From Minisyncoccota bacterium (GTDB taxonomy: Bacteria; Patescibacteriota; Minisyncoccia; Phycocordibacterales; Phycocordibacteraceae): DNA of 64,000 bases. Where the stretch lies: the NCBI GenBank assembly GCA_018062445.1, contig JAGOSG010000001.1, forward strand, positions 58,426 to 122,425, given 5' to 3'. Below, piece by piece: positions 20,063-28,998 of this stretch. A program made the translations under genes and the position numbers. Positions within the stretch are counted from its first letter, which is position 1; each line of letters starts with the position of its first letter. The notes under the pieces are model-generated. The model saw only the letters and a program-made list of their open reading frames with translations. It was not told the origin of the DNA and did not search any database.

Positions 20063-21169
20063 ATGAGAAAATCGGCACGCCAACATCCAGACCGGATACT
20101 TCTAATGACGGTTGCGACTCTCGTAGTCAGTGGTTTATTTATTTTCCTTTCAGCCTCTTTAGGATTACTCGCATACGATGGTGCCAAATTTTCAAGTGTG
20201 GCGCGCAGTCAGCTAATCTTTGGACTCGGTGGGGGACTCATTGCATTTTTCTTTTGTTTAGCAGTTCCGTATCGCGTATGGAAACGTTTTTCTTTGCATA
20301 TTTTTGGCGCATCCATCGTACTCACGCTTCTTGTATTTATTCCACACCTTGGTCTTACACTGAACGGCGCTACGCGTTGGATACATATTGGTCCAATCAC
20401 GCTACAACCTTCAGAGTTTTTAAAAATTGCCTATATTTTGTACCTTGCTACTTGGTTTTCAAATACAAAATCAAAGATAAATACTATTGGTCAGGGCCTC
20501 ATACCATTCGGAATTATTACTGCAATAACTGGAGCTGCACTTCTTGCTCAACCTGACACAGACACCTTTGTTATTATTGCAGTTGCAGGTGGCGCCATGT
20601 TTATGGCTGCAGGCGCTCGTATTAAACATTTGGCAATTCTAGCTGGCGCAGGCATTTGTCTTTTAATTATTCTAGTTTCTTTCCGTCCTTACCTAGCGGA
20701 TCGACTTACCACATTCCTACATCCGACCCTAGATCCTCGCGGAACAAGTTATCAAGTACAGCAATCCCTTCTTGCTGTTGGCGCTGGTGAGACATTCGGT
20801 CGTGGTTTTGGACAAAGCATCCAAAAATTTGGAAAATTACCAGAACCTATTTCAGATTCAATATTTTCAGTCTTCGCTGAAGAATTTGGTTTTGTTGGGG
20901 GATTGGCGCTTATACTTGTGTATATTACCTTTGCCCTTCGAGGCCTCTGGGTTGCCGCTAGGACGCCAGATATGTTTGGGGGATTAGTTGCCGTAGGTAT
21001 TGTGGTGCTTATTACGGCCCAATCATTTTTAAACATCGGCGCAATGCTTGCTCTCCTGCCACTTTCAGGACTCCCTCTTGTGTTTGTAAGTCACGGAGGC
21101 ACTGCACTCTTGGTGTCCCTCGGAGCTGCAGGAATTTTGCTGTCAATCTCTCGTTCAATAACAAAGTAA
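20063..21169 (+). CDS. ftsW: SEDS family peptidoglycan polymerase FtsW/RodA
   Basis: 10-TM SEDS core, SIFSVFAEEFGFVGG motif. Confidence 0.85.
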   Translation: MRKSARQHPDRILLMTVATLVVSGLFIFLSASLGLLAYDGAKFSSVARSQLIFGLGGGLIAFFFCLAVPYRVWKRFSLHIFGASIVLTLLVFIPHLGLTLNGATRWIHIGPITLQPSEFLKIAYILYLATWFSNTKSKINTIGQGLIPFGIITAITGAALLAQPDTDTFVIIAVAGGAMFMAAGARIKHLAILAGAGICLLIILVSFRPYLADRLTTFLHPTLDPRGTSYQVQQSLLAVGAGETFGRGFGQSIQKFGKLPEPISDSIFSVFAEEFGFVGGLALILVYITFALRGLWVAARTPDMFGGLVAVGIVVLITAQSFLNIGAMLALLPLSGLPLVFVSHGGTALLVSLGAAGILLSISRSITK

Positions 21170-21245
21170 AAATGTCACTAGTTACCCAACCATTACTCCT
21201 AGCTCATATGCATTACTGGACTTATACTTTACAAGAGATATGAAT

Positions 21246-21358
21246 CCCGTTAGAAATCACGGACGCATATCAATACGTATCACTATGGCACAATCGAACA
21301 TTACACATCTAGCTGTTATAGGCACTGACGCAGTGGCGTTCGTGTCCTATTTCTAACG
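21246..21358 (+). other. intergenic structured element: 12-bp perfect inverted repeat CCCGTTAGAAAT/ATTTCTAACGGG extendable to about 21 bp, enclosing about 70 nt upstream of murG
   Basis: cccgttagaaatcacggacgc … gcgttcgtgtcctatttctaacggg; the inner 9-bp extension contains one G·U wobble. Confidence 0.4.
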
Positions 21359-21360
21359 GG

Positions 21361-22500
21361 ATGAAAATTGTTTTTACTGGGGGCGGAACTGGAGGTCATT
21401 TTTACCCAGTTATTGCTGTTGCTGAAGCAATCCATGAAATCGTAAAAGAGAAAAAACTTCTCGACCCTCAACTCTACTTTTTTGGACCCACGGCGTTTGA
21501 TGAACGAGCACTGTACGAAAACAACATTACTTTCGTACAAACACCCGCAGGGAAAATGCGTCGTTATTTTTCAATTCTCAATTTTTTTGATTTCTTTAAA
21601 ACAGGATGGGGGATACTCCAAACAACTCTTGCTCTTTATCAAATATTTCCTGATGTTGTTTTTTCAAAAGGAGGATATGGAAGCGTGCCAACACTTCTTG
21701 CGGCAAAATGGCTTCGCATCCCCGTAATTGCACATGATTCCGATGCCGTGCCAGGGCGCGCCACCATACTTGCCCTACCTTTTGCAAAACAGATCGGTAT
21801 TTCATACGAAGAAGCATACGAATATTTCCCAGAAAAGTTTCGACCAAAAGTAGCTCTCGTTGGCAATCCTGTACGCACTGAGCTTAAAAATCCTGCCCGT
21901 GAAGGAGCGCAAGAATTTTTGGAACTTGAACGCAATGTTCCCGTACTTCTTTTTCTTGGCGGTTCACTTGGGGCAGAGAAGCTTAACAACACTATCCTCG
22001 AGGCACTGCCAGAACTTATTGATCATTTCCAAGTTATACATCAGGCAGGGCAGGTACATATTAAATCTGTTGCTGAAACAGCCCATGTCATTTTAGGAAA
22101 AAATGAAAAACGATACCGCTATAAACCGTATGGATATCTTTCAACTCTTGCATTAAAGATGGCTGCGGGAGCTTCTGACTTAGTCATCACTCGCGCAGGA
22201 TCAGGTTCTATTGCGGAGGTTGCTTCGTGGAAGAAAGCCTCAATCCTTATCCCTATACCTGAAGAGGTAAGTCGGGATCAGCGCTCAAATGCTTTCGCAT
22301 ATGCTCGCTCAGGTGCCGCAATTGTTATGGAGCAACAAAATCTCACCCCCCATCTGCTACTTGCAGAAATAGAACGCCTTTTTACTAATCCAAAAGCACG
22401 AAACGACATGGCAGAGGCAGCGGGAAAATTTGCAAAACCAGATTCAGCAAAAGCAATTGCGCAAATAATTCTGGATACTGCTCTAGAACATGAAAACTAA
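21361..22500 (+). CDS. murG: UDP-GlcNAc:lipid I GlcNAc transferase
   Basis: N-terminal GGGTGGHFYP motif and GT28 C-terminal domain. Confidence 0.9.
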   Translation: MKIVFTGGGTGGHFYPVIAVAEAIHEIVKEKKLLDPQLYFFGPTAFDERALYENNITFVQTPAGKMRRYFSILNFFDFFKTGWGILQTTLALYQIFPDVVFSKGGYGSVPTLLAAKWLRIPVIAHDSDAVPGRATILALPFAKQIGISYEEAYEYFPEKFRPKVALVGNPVRTELKNPAREGAQEFLELERNVPVLLFLGGSLGAEKLNNTILEALPELIDHFQVIHQAGQVHIKSVAETAHVILGKNEKRYRYKPYGYLSTLALKMAAGASDLVITRAGSGSIAEVASWKKASILIPIPEEVSRDQRSNAFAYARSGAAIVMEQQNLTPHLLLAEIERLFTNPKARNDMAEAAGKFAKPDSAKAIAQIILDTALEHEN

Positions 22501-22539
22501 CTAGGTGCCAGAGTATAGCTTCCAGGGTTTCAGCTTTTT
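22501..22539. repeat. AGCTTTCAG-type heptad repeat (single arm)
   Basis: ctaggtgccagagtatagcttccagggtttcagcttttt. Confidence 0.55.
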
Positions 22540-22575
22540 AAATTTCTTAAATCAAATAAAGACAAAAGAGCGGTG

Positions 22576-22611
22576 TATAGTATAATTTAACGATCGTTAA
22601 ATTATACTATA
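22576..22611. repeat. 36-bp perfect palindrome TATAGTATAATTTAACGATCGTTAAATTATACTATA (copy 1 of 4)
   Basis: Perfect dyad centred on CGATCG; related copies at 32309, 33926 and 39893. Confidence 0.85.
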
Positions 22612-22742
22612 TCGTTAAAAACTAAAAAAACTGGCACCTAAAACCTACAAAGAGACTTTATAGCTGTCACTCACTCGGGGAAGGGCAATAATGCCCCTCT
22701 TCCCACTCGCTTCGTTAGGCTGTAACCTATACACTAAGCTCT

Positions 22743-24188
22743 ATGAAAGTAATTACCCGCTTCGCTCCCAGTCCCACAGGCTTTATGCATATCGGCGGTG
22801 TCCGTACGGCACTATTTGCCTATCTTTTTGCCAAGAAAAATGAAGGCACGCTAATACTCCGTATCGAGGATACCGATCAAGCTCGGGCAATAGAAGGCTC
22901 CATTCAACATATTCAAGACTCTCTTTCGTGGCTTGGTATTGATTGGGAATATGGCCCCGACAAACCAGGGCCTTTCGGTTCTTGCATTCAATCAGAGAGA
23001 ATGGACTCATATAGAGCATTTGCACAGAAGCTCATGGACGCGGGCCATGCGTATCCCGATCCGTACACTCATGATGAAATAACGGCATTTAGAGAAACGG
23101 CTAAAGCTGAAAAACGACCGTTTTTATTTCGAGATCATCGCCCCGAAACATTTTCTGTATGGGACGGGAAGGCACCACTTCGCTTTAAGGTACCGGAAAT
23201 AAAAAGATACAAGTGGAATGACGCTGTCCGAGGTGAGCTTGAAGCAGGCGAAGAAGCTCTTGATGACTTCATTCTCATGAAGGGCGATGGGTACCCAACG
23301 TATAACTTTGCACATATTGTTGACGATCACCTCATGGGTGTTACTCATATTTTTCGTGCGGACGAATTTATTTCTTCAACGCCACGATTTCTTAGTTTGT
23401 ACGATGCTCTTGGTGTTCCGGCGCCTGTCTTTGTAACACTCCCTGCCATACTTCGCGACGATCGCACTAAAAAATTAGGAAAACGAGATGGCGCAAAAGA
23501 TGTTCTTGAATACAAAACTGAAGGCTATCTTCCGAGTGCTATGGTGAATTACCTCGCACTCATTGGATGGAACCCAGGAACCGATGAGGAAATATTTTCA
23601 AAAGACGAATTAATACAGCGGTTCAGCGTGGATCAAATCCAAAAGAGCGGGGGAGCCTTCAATGAGATGAAGCTCAAATGGTTTAATAGGGAACACATCC
23701 TAAAATTATCTTCTGATGAATTTTTGAAGCACGCCTCTCTGTTTCTTTCAAAGGAAACGTATACCGCACTTAATAAAAAGAATCTTCTTGAGAGTCTTGT
23801 CCCTCTTATGCGTGAACGCATACAAACCTTCTCTGAATTGAAAGACATGGATGAAGCAGGAGAATTTTCCTTTTATGCAGAGGCACCCACATACCCAGTC
23901 TCAGGACTATTACCAAAAGATGATATGGATAAGCAAAGAACTGCGACACGCTTGAAGCAAGTTATGTCACTCCTTAATACCTTGAACGATTCTGAATGGC
24001 ATGATCAAAAAATTAAAGAGGTTGTTTGGCCATACGCTGAAGAAAAGGGCAGGGGACTTGTGCTGTGGCCGTTTAGGTTTACGCTTTCAGGTAGAGGTAA
24101 ATCCCCTGACCCATTTACCATTGCGGGTGTCATAGGTAAGAAAGAAACAATAACCCGTATTGAAGACGCTATTCGTGCCCTCGGATAA
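22743..24188 (+). CDS. gltX: glutamate--tRNA ligase
   Basis: PSPTGFMHIGG (HIGH) and KLGKRD (KMSKS-like); 481 aa. Confidence 0.92.
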   Translation: MKVITRFAPSPTGFMHIGGVRTALFAYLFAKKNEGTLILRIEDTDQARAIEGSIQHIQDSLSWLGIDWEYGPDKPGPFGSCIQSERMDSYRAFAQKLMDAGHAYPDPYTHDEITAFRETAKAEKRPFLFRDHRPETFSVWDGKAPLRFKVPEIKRYKWNDAVRGELEAGEEALDDFILMKGDGYPTYNFAHIVDDHLMGVTHIFRADEFISSTPRFLSLYDALGVPAPVFVTLPAILRDDRTKKLGKRDGAKDVLEYKTEGYLPSAMVNYLALIGWNPGTDEEIFSKDELIQRFSVDQIQKSGGAFNEMKLKWFNREHILKLSSDEFLKHASLFLSKETYTALNKKNLLESLVPLMRERIQTFSELKDMDEAGEFSFYAEAPTYPVSGLLPKDDMDKQRTATRLKQVMSLLNTLNDSEWHDQKIKEVVWPYAEEKGRGLVLWPFRFTLSGRGKSPDPFTIAGVIGKKETITRIEDAIRALG

Positions 24189-24190
24189 CA

Positions 24191-25558
24191 ATGAAATGGA
24201 TACCTCCATTTAAGAATTCTATTTCTTTTGTATCGGTTTTTATCGGACTTTTTTTGTTTTTTGGGATTCTAGGATTTTCTCAAACCTCACCTACGATAGT
24301 TTTTGGTGATACCACCTCAGACATCCAAGAAAAAATAACTGAACAGAATGCCAAAATCGCAGCATTGGAAAAAGAAATTGCACAGTACGAAAGCACGCTC
24401 TATCAAATAGCCGGAGAAAAAACAACACTGCAAGGAGAAGTAAACAGAATTGATGTTTCTAGAAAAAAAATAGGAGCAACTATTTCAGTTACAGAAAATA
24501 AAATTGCTTCGGCAACACTACAGCTCAAACGCCTCGGTGGGGCTATTGATGATAAAGCAAAACGTATAGAAACTTCCAAGAAGACAATGGAGCAATCTTT
24601 CCAAGCTCTCTATCAGATAGGTGAGACCACGATAGTTGAACAACTCCTGAGTGCAGATGGGATGATTGAGGTCTGGCAAGAAGTAGATCGTGTAGAGCAA
24701 CTCAGTAGTGTTCTCAGAAATGAAGTTATTGATCTTCAAAATACAAAAGAATCTCTTACGGCGGACTATAGCACTACAGAAAAAGAGAAAGCGAAACTTC
24801 TTTCTTTGAAAAAGCAATTGTCTGATCAAAAAATACTTCTCGATCAAAATCGCAACGAGCAGGCCACACTACTTGCACAGACAAAAAATAAGGAATCTGC
24901 GTTCCAAAAACTACTTGCAGATAAACAGGCCGCAAAAGCTCAATTTGAAAAACAACTTAATGACTACGAAGCGAGCCTGAAATACACACTTGATCCAACA
25001 AGTATCCCAAAGGCAGGTAGCGGAGTTCTTTCATTTCCACTTGATTCTGCCTTTATGCTTCGCTGTAGGGATCGCACCAATACATTCAAAAATATATATT
25101 GTCTTACGCAATACTTTGGCAATACTGCATTCGCTCAAAGTGGTGCATACAATGACAAAGGTCACAACGGTGTAGATTTTGGAGCACCTGAAGGAACGCC
25201 TATTGTTTCAGCCTTGGGAGGTGTCGTTGTCGATACGGGCAACACAGATCTTTTCCGTGGTTGTTACTCATACGGTAAATGGGTATATGTACGCCATAAC
25301 AACGGACTAGGCACTATTTATGCCCACCTATCAGTCATTAGCGTCTCTAAGGGCTCTACAGTAGGCACAGGGAGTCTCCTTGGGTACAGCGGTAAGACAG
25401 GATACGCCACCGGACCACATCTCCATTTCAGCGTATATGTGGCAAGTGCCGTTAAAATTATTAAGCTTGGTGATGTGAAATCAATAACAAAGTGTGCTGG
25501 AGCCTATATGCCAGTAGCCCCTACGGAGGCCTATTTGAATCCGATGAAATACCTTTAG
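24191..25558 (+). CDS. M23 family metallopeptidase with N-terminal TM and long coiled coil (EnvC-like)
   Basis: GHNGVDFGAPEGTPI and HLHFSVY motifs of LytM/M23. Confidence 0.8.
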   Translation: MKWIPPFKNSISFVSVFIGLFLFFGILGFSQTSPTIVFGDTTSDIQEKITEQNAKIAALEKEIAQYESTLYQIAGEKTTLQGEVNRIDVSRKKIGATISVTENKIASATLQLKRLGGAIDDKAKRIETSKKTMEQSFQALYQIGETTIVEQLLSADGMIEVWQEVDRVEQLSSVLRNEVIDLQNTKESLTADYSTTEKEKAKLLSLKKQLSDQKILLDQNRNEQATLLAQTKNKESAFQKLLADKQAAKAQFEKQLNDYEASLKYTLDPTSIPKAGSGVLSFPLDSAFMLRCRDRTNTFKNIYCLTQYFGNTAFAQSGAYNDKGHNGVDFGAPEGTPIVSALGGVVVDTGNTDLFRGCYSYGKWVYVRHNNGLGTIYAHLSVISVSKGSTVGTGSLLGYSGKTGYATGPHLHFSVYVASAVKIIKLGDVKSITKCAGAYMPVAPTEAYLNPMKYL

Positions 25559-25612
25559 CTAGGGGTTAGGGTATAGGGTTTAGCGATTAGGCGACGCCCC
25601 GTCGGATCCGAA
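25548..25612. repeat. composite repeat: TTAGGG-like heptamer array plus tandem-hairpin element (reverse orientation)
   Basis: gctaggggttagggtatagggtttagcgattaggc + cgacgccccgtcg + ggatccgaagggatc. Confidence 0.7.
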
Positions 25613-25665
25613 GGGATCATTTATTATGGAGATGCAAATCCGAAACCTCACACCGCAAACAAACT

Positions 25666-26187
25666 CTAGTGGTGGTTTTTATTAAGATACAAAAGCCTAA
25701 CGAGAATAGGGAGGTCGCTCTTTGTTTTTTCTCCCCCCTCAATTCTCTTGAGTAAATCTAAAGGTTTAAACCAAAAAGATTCAAAGAAATCAGTTGGATT
25801 GTAGTCTGGTACAGTATCCATTTTCAATTCAAATATCATTTGAAACGCTTTGAGTCCATGCTCTCCTCCTTTAAAATACCCAATAACTTTGTAAGGAACC
25901 ACTCCAGTGTCAATATTTAACTCTTCCGCCATTTCACGCCTAAAAGTTTGTTCATATGTTTCTCCACTTTCAACATGACCACCCATACTCATATCGAGCC
26001 CAAGAGGTGCAATTTGTTTATGAGCTGTGCGTCTAGGAATCCATAACTCTCCGCTTGAATTCACAATAAAGGCATTTACCGCTCTGAAGTTATTTAGATG
26101 TTTAGCGTGCACCTCAGAACGCTTTTCTCGTCCTATGACTAGGTCATTTTCATCAACAAGATCAAGATACTCGTCGGTGTTATCCAT
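25666..26187 (-). CDS. Nudix hydrolase
   Basis: Nudix box GGHVESGETYEQTFRREMAEELNI. Confidence 0.8.
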   Translation of the reverse strand: MDNTDEYLDLVDENDLVIGREKRSEVHAKHLNNFRAVNAFIVNSSGELWIPRRTAHKQIAPLGLDMSMGGHVESGETYEQTFRREMAEELNIDTGVVPYKVIGYFKGGEHGLKAFQMIFELKMDTVPDYNPTDFFESFWFKPLDLLKRIEGGEKTKSDLPILVRLLYLNKNHH

Positions 26188-26367
26188 AACGCTTATATAT
26201 ATTTCATTAAATATATCACGCTACCAAAAGTAAAATTTGACCTCACCAATCGAGTTAGAAAAAAACAATCCACACCGACAAGTTAAGTATCCTTGCGAAG
26301 GTTATTTTAGGTGTTCAATGTATTAGTAAAGTCATTATTAATAGTTTTAGATAATTAATATATTTAT

Positions 26368-26607
26368 ATGAAGTATTTGCATATGCTTGCGTTCCTACTC
26401 CTTGTAGTAGGCGGACTCAATTGGGGTCTCGTAGGCCTTGGTGGTTTTATGGGTAGCGACTGGAATGTCGTTAGCATGCTCCTTGGCACGTGGCCAATGG
26501 TGGAATGGGCTGTATATGTCCTTGTAGGACTCTCAGCACTCTGGCTTGTACTAGGACACAAGAAAGAATGTGCTTGGTGCATGGGCGGACCAAAGCCAAT
26601 GACCTAA
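26368..26607 (+). CDS. DUF378 (YuzA-like) small membrane protein
   Basis: GGLNWGLVGLGGF motif, two TM helices, 79 aa. Confidence 0.6.
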   Translation: MKYLHMLAFLLLVVGGLNWGLVGLGGFMGSDWNVVSMLLGTWPMVEWAVYVLVGLSALWLVLGHKKECAWCMGGPKPMT

Positions 26608-26630
26608 AGAATCTCAGGCTATTCTATTTT

Positions 26631-26662
26631 AAAAACCCTCCAGCTCGGAGGGTTTTTTATTT
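26631..26662. terminator. bidirectional intrinsic terminator
   Basis: AAAAA-CCCTCC-agctc-GGAGGG-TTTTTT. Confidence 0.75.
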
Positions 26663-26899
26663 TATGTTAAATATTTTTTGTATAAGTTTTTTCCCCGCTG
26701 TCGGATTAGCCTCTAGATCACCAAAAAAGTTTCTTCGAAAAAAGACATTGGCACACCTAGCAATGTGCGCATTCCGTATTTTTCTTATTTTTGTCCGGGC
26801 AGAAGCCCTCCTGACTATAATAGTCTTCTTTGATGACAAGCCTTCCAGCTCCTCACGAAGAGCATCCAACAGTGGAGTGGCTCCAGTGCGTACCTCCAT
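26657..26899 (-). CDS. hypothetical small protein (start uncertain; 80 aa from MEVRTG…)
   Basis: ORF only; stop sits inside the terminator T-run. Confidence 0.25.
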   Translation of the reverse strand: MEVRTGATPLLDALREELEGLSSKKTIIVRRASARTKIRKIRNAHIARCANVFFRRNFFGDLEANPTAGKKLIQKIFNIK

Positions 26900-27219
26900 A
26901 CGATTCAGATTTGGTAACATTTTTATATAACAACATAATATTTGCTTTTTGCAAGTAGTCACTGTGGAAAAGAGGGGAGTGAGATATTTTAAGTTTCTCT
27001 GACAACATAATCTTAATACTCTAAGCTCGAGAGGAAGCAAAGAATATGTCACAGTCAACACAGAATGAGAGAGAATAAATAGACAGTTTATACAAAAGGC
27101 CAGCCGAAGACGCAGGCTGAAAGTTCAGTATTTAGCTATATAGTAACTTCGTAAAAGATATATTGTGCGAAGTACTCCTAATCCTGTTCCCCCTAGCAGA
27201 GACCAGTTAAGAGGCGGAT

Positions 27220-27390
27220 TTAATCTTCGTCGTCTTCTCGAGCAAGTCTCCTTTCATCTCGTTCAAGAACGTTTTCAAAACGAGCACCGCCACGACGGAC
27301 AGCAGGAGGAGCTCCGTAGTACCGATGATCCTTTGCTTTCTGAGTAAAGTGACGACGCCTTCCTTGTACCTTTTCAAATCTCTTTGACAT
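27220..27390 (-). CDS. hypothetical small basic protein (56 aa), acidic C-terminus
   Basis: MSKRFEKVQGRRRHFTQKAKDHRYYGAPPAVRRGG…; GGGGAG about 14 nt upstream; below the ORF-track size cutoff. Confidence 0.3.
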   Translation of the reverse strand: MSKRFEKVQGRRRHFTQKAKDHRYYGAPPAVRRGGARFENVLERDERRLAREDDED

Positions 27391-27417
27391 GATGATTAAT
27401 CTTGCTCCCCTTGTGCG

Positions 27418-27555
27418 TCAAGAGAAAGACCGGATTACGCAGGAGTAACCGCAATACCCACAAAATGCAACCTCGCCTTTTGAGCAATGCCTCTGACATT
27501 TTTCAAAATGACCTCCTATCCCTTCACCGGCTCCTACGCTATTTTTTAAAGCCAT
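27418..27555 (-). CDS. hypothetical Cys-rich small protein (45 aa; C-x3-C-x9-C-x2-C-x3-C)
   Basis: MALKNSVGAGEGIGGHFEKCQRHCSKGEVAFCGYCGYSCVIRSFS; AGGAG upstream. Confidence 0.3.
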   Translation of the reverse strand: MALKNSVGAGEGIGGHFEKCQRHCSKGEVAFCGYCGYSCVIRSFS

Positions 27556-27587
27556 AACTTTGTTTAATTTTCTCCTTTTTATTAATC

Positions 27588-27722
27588 TTAATGATGTCTT
27601 GGTGGCGGAGGCTCTACTGCTTCGACTTTCTTTATATCGCAATTCCAACAAAGAGTGCTTCCTGGTTGATTGATAGCTCCACACTCATCACATATCCAAC
27701 AACTTCCTTTTTCACGACCCAT
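27588..27722 (-). CDS. hypothetical 44-aa zinc-ribbon peptide with RanBP2-type zinc-finger pattern
   Basis: MGREKGSCWICDECGAINQPGSTLCWNCDIKKVEAVEPPPPRHH fits W-x-C-x2-C-x3-N-x6-C-x2-C exactly. Confidence 0.35.
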   Translation of the reverse strand: MGREKGSCWICDECGAINQPGSTLCWNCDIKKVEAVEPPPPRHH

Positions 27723-27735
27723 GCAACTTTAGTAA

Positions 27736-27921
27736 TTACTCTTCGTCGAAAAGCCCTCGGGTTGAAAGACGATCTTTATTTCCCTTATGAATTTCCCTTT
27801 GGTGACTATTACGACTAGCATTTCCCACGGCAAGTTTTCCATTCCTTCGTGGAGACCGCGTGCCTTCAAAAATTCTACCCGCCTTTGGAGAACGCTCTTT
27901 ATCAAAACTTCCTTGTCCCAT
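27736..27921 (-). CDS. hypothetical small basic protein (61 aa)
   Basis: ORF in tight tandem (13-nt gap) with the zinc-ribbon ORF; no SD. Confidence 0.25.
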   Translation of the reverse strand: MGQGSFDKERSPKAGRIFEGTRSPRRNGKLAVGNASRNSHQREIHKGNKDRLSTRGLFDEE

Positions 27922-28124
27922 GTGATTTTTATAGTACTGACATTCAAAATAATGTCAATAATGCACAGATTCTAGAGCCTAAAGAGCTTTACTCAGTTCA
28001 CTACCTGTGAGAACATTAGGAATGATAGAAAATGATATAAGTCACTGGCTCAACTTGGCATTCTTTGCCATCGTCATACTTGCCTTTTTGAAGGATAGTA
28101 ATAGTTAATTTTCATTTCAGTAGC

Positions 28125-28463
28125 TTGAGCGCTATTTTGCTATACTGCGTCTTATTCGTAACAATTACTCCCATGCCACAAGAATTTGATTTCAACTCTG
28201 TTCCTTCAAAGCTTTTTGTCGATACTGTTAATGTTCGAGTTATAAATGGACTCTTGCACCTTGCGGTAGAGTCGGGTCAGGCAACCTCATGCTTCTTACT
28301 CCCCTTACCTGCCGCGAAGATGATTGCAAAGGCAATTACTCAACAAGTAGAAGAAATAGAGCAGAAAAATAACATCAAATTTGATGATCGCCTCCCCAAC
28401 GAACCCGTCTTAAGCCCTTGGACATCCAAATCTGGAGGAGAAAACCCTGAACAAAAGAAATAG
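28125..28463 (+). CDS. hypothetical protein (alt start 28173)
   Basis: 112-aa ORF, no confident family. Confidence 0.4.
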   Translation: MSAILLYCVLFVTITPMPQEFDFNSVPSKLFVDTVNVRVINGLLHLAVESGQATSCFLLPLPAAKMIAKAITQQVEEIEQKNNIKFDDRLPNEPVLSPWTSKSGGENPEQKK

Positions 28464-28529
28464 CGAGACAGAAGTCTACACACCTAAGGCTCAGCTGTTA
28501 TACTGGAATCACCTTATTATTTTAGTTTT

Positions 28530-28937
28530 TTGAGTATGGATAAATACGCATCCGCTTTAGCACTTGTTGGTCGCCTCGCTCTTGCAGGCATCTTCGTGAT
28601 TTTTGGTTTTACTAAGATTTCTGGTTTTGCAGGCATGGTTGCCTATGCAGCCTCTGCCGGGGTTCCCTTCCCTGAGCTTGCAATAGTACTTGCAATTGCC
28701 ATAGAACTTCTCGGTGGAATCATGCTTGTCATAGGATTCAAAACAAAGTGGGTAGCTCTCGCTATTGCCCTCTTTCTTATTCCAGTTACCTACTACTTCC
28801 ACACTGACTTCACTAATCCAGTAAACATGATAATGCTCTGGAAGAATGTCTCAATTATAGGAGGCATGCTTGTCCTCACGGCTCACGGTGCAGGCAAATA
28901 TAGTTTAGACGCCATGCTCGCAAAAAAGAGCTACTAA
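28530..28937 (+). CDS. DoxX family membrane protein
   Basis: 4-TM DoxX pattern (…LAGIFVIFGFTKISGF…ELLGGIMLVIGF…). Confidence 0.75.
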   Translation: MSMDKYASALALVGRLALAGIFVIFGFTKISGFAGMVAYAASAGVPFPELAIVLAIAIELLGGIMLVIGFKTKWVALAIALFLIPVTYYFHTDFTNPVNMIMLWKNVSIIGGMLVLTAHGAGKYSLDAMLAKKSY

Positions 28938-28948
28938 ACGCTTTTATT

Positions 28949-28979
28949 AAAAAACCTCCCCGCATGGGGAGGTTTTTTA
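28949..28979. terminator. bidirectional intrinsic terminator
   Basis: AAAAAA-CCTCCCC-gcat-GGGGAGG-TTTTTT. Confidence 0.8.
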
Positions 28980-28998
28980 ATACTTCCTATTCCACAAT

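Noticed and set aside
22501-22742. T-box, CIRCE or other riboswitch upstream of gltX and trpS
   Set aside because: No AGGGUGGNACCGCG core or other known riboswitch consensus found on either strand in those leaders.
26490-26930. 146-aa plus-strand ORF and other long ORFs antisense to real genes (for example 10525..11364-, 17354..17992-, 4104..4460-, 18520..18924-, 49280..49675+, 52147..52551+)
   Set aside because: Antisense or overlapping to confidently identified genes, with low-complexity or Ser/Arg-rich translations and no motifs; treated as spurious.
27736-27921. CsrA-like similarity of the 61-aa basic ORF (VGNASRNSHQREIH vs CsrA IGVNAPKEVSVHREEIY)
   Set aside because: The match is limited to about 15 residues, with no N-terminal beta-strand region.
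27220-27921. Small basic/Cys ORFs as ribosomal proteins (L28, L31, L32, L33, L36, S21, S14-Z)
   Set aside because: Compared by eye against each family consensus; none matches.
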